Positions 59,805 to 64,000 of a stretch of 64,000 bases of DNA are shown one piece after another; the first letter of the stretch is position 1; each line of letters starts with the position of its first letter. Below the pieces are notes generated by a model, which searched no databases, was not told the origin of the DNA, and saw only the letters and a list, made by a program, of their open reading frames with translations. This stretch comes from Eledone cirrhosa (Eukaryota). The stretch covers positions 42,284,001-42,348,000 of the forward strand of contig OZ024750.1 in NCBI GenBank assembly GCA_964016885.1. The letters are read 5' to 3'. The position numbers and the translations under genes are program-made.

Positions 59805-60835
59805 AACCAAATATTAACTAATAATCATTTTGTGAAAACGTGCATGAAATGGAGGTGTTTTTAATGGAGAGAAAACATTGATTATTGATCAAAAGAGTTA
59901 TTATTCATATTCTTAATTATACACACAATAAAATATATTTTGCTTAGTGTTGTACTTTCAAGATTAGATGATGAGGCAATATTTACTGTTTTGATATGAA
60001 ACTGCTTGAAACTCTCCCTCGTTCTAAAATACTGTTTTATATAATGTGGAAAGTTATATAAGGCTAAACTATGTAAAGTGGATGATAAGATGAGTTAACG
60101 AAACATTTAGTTACCTGGTAATCTGTGTTTTTTGTTGTTTCATTTGTCCTAATATTTCAGCACTTAAATACCTTTCATCAGAGTATAAGGAACTCAAGAG
60201 AAAAATGTTCCAGTTTCTTCTCTTTGGAATTAGATTTAAAGCTGTTTGTGTTTATGTATTTATGTTCAGCTAAAAAAATTTTCTTTCATAATTTTATATA
60301 AAAATCTTTTGTTATATAAGATCACCAATCAACTAACCACCAACTAACTGACTTTACCAATCAACTGATCACCAATACCAGTTTCATAATGAGAACATTC
60401 GTTATATTTCTAAATCAACTCAAATTCTTGATTATTTAAAAAAATTAATTTAAGATTATAAAAAAATGTCTTTAAAAGGTTCAAAGTAGAAGCTAACCCC
60501 TTGGTATAAGATTGTATCAACAGCATTATTATTATTATTATTATGACCCTTTACAGGGCGGTGGATTGGCAGTATCAGGAGAGGGGCGGACGACATGCTG
60601 TGCAGCATAGAGTTGCGGCCCTTTATGATCTGAGTTCAAATCCTGCCAAGTTAACTTTGCCTTTCATCCTTATGGGGTCGATAAAATAAAATTCCAGTGA
60701 CGCACTGGGGTCGATTTAATCAACTTTTCCCTCTCCTAAAACTGTTGGCCTTGTGCCTAAATCAGAAATCATTATTTTTTGTGATTACATTCATTGATCA
60801 GTATTGAACTTGAATCAGAATATTTTCTTTTAGAA

Positions 60836-61168
60836 CTTAAGTCTTACCATATCTCAACTTTACAATAACTACACTTATAGCAATATCTTAAGTCTTACCA
60901 TATCTTAACTTGACAGTAACTACACTTATAGCAATATCTTAAGTCTTACCATTTCTCAATCTGACAGTAACTACACTTATGTCAATATCTTACCATTTCT
61001 CAATCTGACAGTAACTACACTTATGGCAATATCTTACCATTTCTCAATCTGACAGTAACTACACTTATGTCAATATCTTACTATTTCTCAATCTGACAGT
61101 AACTACAATTATGTCAATATCTTACCATTTCTCAATCTGACAGTAACTACACTTATAGCAATATCTTA
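60836..61168. repeat. ~41-49-bp minisatellite
   Basis: Unit approximately tcttaccatttctcaatctgacagtaactacacttatgtcaata. Confidence 0.85.
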
Positions 61169-61351
61169 CACACCAGTCCTTTAGATTACAGCTGTTGGAC
61201 TTTGTCTTTTTATGAAAGAATTAAATTTGAGTGACTTCTTATGGAAGAAAGCTATCCTCAAACTGGAGACTTGGCTCAAATGCTTGCAGCAGCCGGTGTT
61301 AAACTGGACAATAGAGTGCACTAAATGTGCCTAGAGTCTAGATAGTGGTGT

Positions 61352-64000
61352 GTACTAGGTAGCGGTGTTTACTAGGTAGTGCTGTTTTACTAGGTAGTGC
61401 TGTTTTACTAGGTAGTGCTGTTTTACTAGGTAGTGGTGTGTTACTAGGTAGTGCTGTTTTACTAGGTAGTGCTGTTTTACTAGGTAGTGATGTTTTACTA
61501 GGTAGTGGTGTGTTACTAGGTAGTGCTGTTTTACTAGGTAGTGCTGTTTTACTAGGTAGTGCTGTTTTACTAGGTAGTGCTGTTTTACTAGGTAGTGCTG
61601 TTTTACTAGGTAGTGATGTTTTACTAGGTAGTGCTGTTTTACTAGGTAGTGATGTTTTACTAGGTAGTGGTGTTTTACTAGGTAGTGATGTTTTACTAGG
61701 TAGTGATGTTTTACTAGGTAGTGCTGTTTTACTAGGTAGTGATGTTTTACTAGGTAGTGCTGTTTTACTAGGTAGTGGTGTTTTACTAGGTAGTGATGTT
61801 TTACTAGGTAGTGCTGTTTTACTAGGTAGTGGTGTTTTACTAGGTAGTGGTGTGTTACTAGGTAGTGCTGTTTTACTAGGTAGTGATGTTTTACTAGGTA
61901 GTGCTGTTTTACTAGGTAGTGCTGTTTTACTAGGTAGTGATGTTTTACTAGGTAGTGCTGTTTTACTAGGTAGTGCTGTTTTACTAGGTAGTGATGTTTT
62001 ACTAGGTAGTGCTGTTTTACTAGGTAGTGCTGTTTTACTAGGTAGTGATGTTTTACTAGGTAGTGCTGTTTTACTAGGTAGTGCTGTTTTACTAGGTAGT
62101 GCTGTTTTACTAGGTAGTGCTGTTTTACTAGGTAGTGCTGTTTTACTAGGTAGTGATGTTTTACTAGGTAGTGCTGTTTTACTAGGTAGTGCTGTTTTAC
62201 TAGGTAGTGCTGTTTTACTAGGTAGTGCTGTTTTACTAGGTAGTGCTGTTTTACTAGGTAGTGCTGTTTTACTAGGTAGTGATGTTTTACTAGGTAGTGC
62301 TGTTTTACTAGGTAGTGCTGTTTTACTAGGTAGTGCTGTTTTACTAGGTAGTGATGTTTTACTAGGTAGTGATGTTTTACTAGGTAGTGCTGTTTTACTA
62401 GGTAGTGGTGTTTTACTAGGTAGTGGTGTTTTACTAGGTAGTGCTGTTTTACTAGGTAGTGATGTTTTACTAGGTAGTGCTGTTTTACTAGGTAGTGCTG
62501 TTTTACTAGGTAGTGATGTTTTACTAGGTAGTGCTGTTTTACTAGGTAGTGCTGTTTTACTAGGTAGTGCTGTTTTACTAGGTAGTGCTGTTTTACTAGG
62601 TAGTGATGTTTTACTAGGTAGTGCTGTTTTACTAGGTAGTGCTGTTTTACTAGGTAGTGATGTTTTACTAGGTAGTGGTGTTTTACTAGGTAGTGGTGTT
62701 TTACTAGGTAGTACTGTTTTACTAGGTAGTACTGTTTTACTAGGTAGTGCTGTTTTACTAGGTAGTGCTGTTTTACTAGGTAGTGATGTTTTACTAGGTA
62801 GTGCTGTTTTACTAGGTAGTGCTGTTTTACTAGGTAGTGATGTTTTACTAGGTAGTGCTGTTTTACTAGGTAGTGATGTTTTACTAGGTAGTGCTGTTTT
62901 ACTAGGTAGTGCTGTTTTACTAGGTAGTGATGTTTTACTAGGTAGTGATGTTTTACTAGGTAGTGGTGTTTTACTAGGTAGTGGTGTGTTACTAGGTAGT
63001 GCTGTTTTACTAGGTAGTGATGTTTTACTAGGTAGTGCTGTTTTACTAGGTAGTGATGTTTTACTAGGTAGTGATGTTTTACTAGGTAGTGCTGTTTTAC
63101 TAGGTAGTGATGTTTTACTAGGTAGTGCTGTTTTACTAGGTAGTGATGTTTTACTAGGTAGTGATGTTTTACTAGGTAGTGCTGTTTTACTAGGTAGTGC
63201 TGTTTTACTAGGTAGTGATGTTTTACTAGGTAGTGATGTTTTACTAGGTAGTGATGTTTTACTAGGTAGTGGTGTTTTACTAGGTAGTGATGTTTTACTA
63301 GGTAGTGCTGTTTTACTAGGTAGTGATGTTTTACTAGGTAGTGCTGTTTTACTAGGTAGTGCTGTTTTACTAGGTAGTGATGTTTTACTAGGTAGTGCTG
63401 TTTTACTAGGTAGTGATGTTTTACTAGGTAGTGCTGTTTTACTAGGTAGTGCTGTTTTACTAGGTAGTGATGTTTTACTAGGTAGTGCTGTTTTACTAGG
63501 TAGTGCTGTTTTACTAGGTAGTGATGTTTTACTAGGTAGTGCTGTTTTACTAGGTAGTGATGTTTTACTGGGTAGTGCTGTTTTACTAGGTAGTGGTGTG
63601 TTACTAGATAGTGCTGTTTTACTAGGTAGTGGTGTTTTACTAGGTAGTGCTGTTTTACTAGGTAGTGATGTTTTACTAGGTAGTGCTGTTTTACTAGGTA
63701 GTGCTGTTTTACTAGGTAGTGCTGTTTTACTAGGTAGTGCTGTTTTACTAGGTAGTGATGTTTTACTAGGTAGTGCTGTTTTACTAGGTAGTGCTGTTTT
63801 ACTAGGTAGTGGTGTTTTACTAGGTAGTGCTGTTTTACTAGGTAGTGATGTTTTACTAGGTAGTGATGTTTTACTAGGTAGTGCTGTTTTACTAGGTAGT
63901 GCTGTTTTACTAGGTAGTGCTGTTTTACTAGGTAGTGATGTTTTACTAGGTAGTGATGTTTTACTAGGTAGTGCTGTTTTACTAGGTAGTGGTGTTTTAC
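61352..64000. repeat. 18-bp satellite running off the window end (>140 copies)
   Basis: Unit taggtagtg(c/a/g)tgttttac. Confidence 0.97.

Noticed and set aside
61352-64000. Telomeric repeat array
   Set aside because: The unit is an 18-mer (taggtagtgctgttttac), not TTAGGG or TTAGG. A subtelomeric position cannot be judged from this window.

Overview
AT-rich, repeat-saturated eukaryotic DNA. The SINE, MITE and LINE families resemble those I recognise from octopus/coleoid cephalopod genomes (inference, not verified). No host gene can be identified, only a few weak candidate micro-exons. The real coding sequence is all from retroelements: two near-identical CR1/L2-group LINE copies in inverted orientation, an RTE LINE with a PHD finger, and remnants of an RTE-like, an R4/Dong-like and a Penelope GIY-YIG element. 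The window also holds many tRNA-derived SINEs, TTAA-flanked piggyBac-type MITEs, about 10 minisatellites and long (TA)n tracts; almost all long 'YIYI' ORFs are artefacts of those tracts. The most notable signal is more than 10 minimal type-I hammerhead ribozyme motifs (CTGAnGA...GAAA...NUH, mostly with a palindromic stem III) from about 6 short non-coding element families, most embedded in (TA)n. Many are folded back into near-perfect palindromes. One family occurs as two circularly permuted copies of a ~0.48-kb unit, consistent with a Penelope-dependent retrozyme-like circular RNA system.
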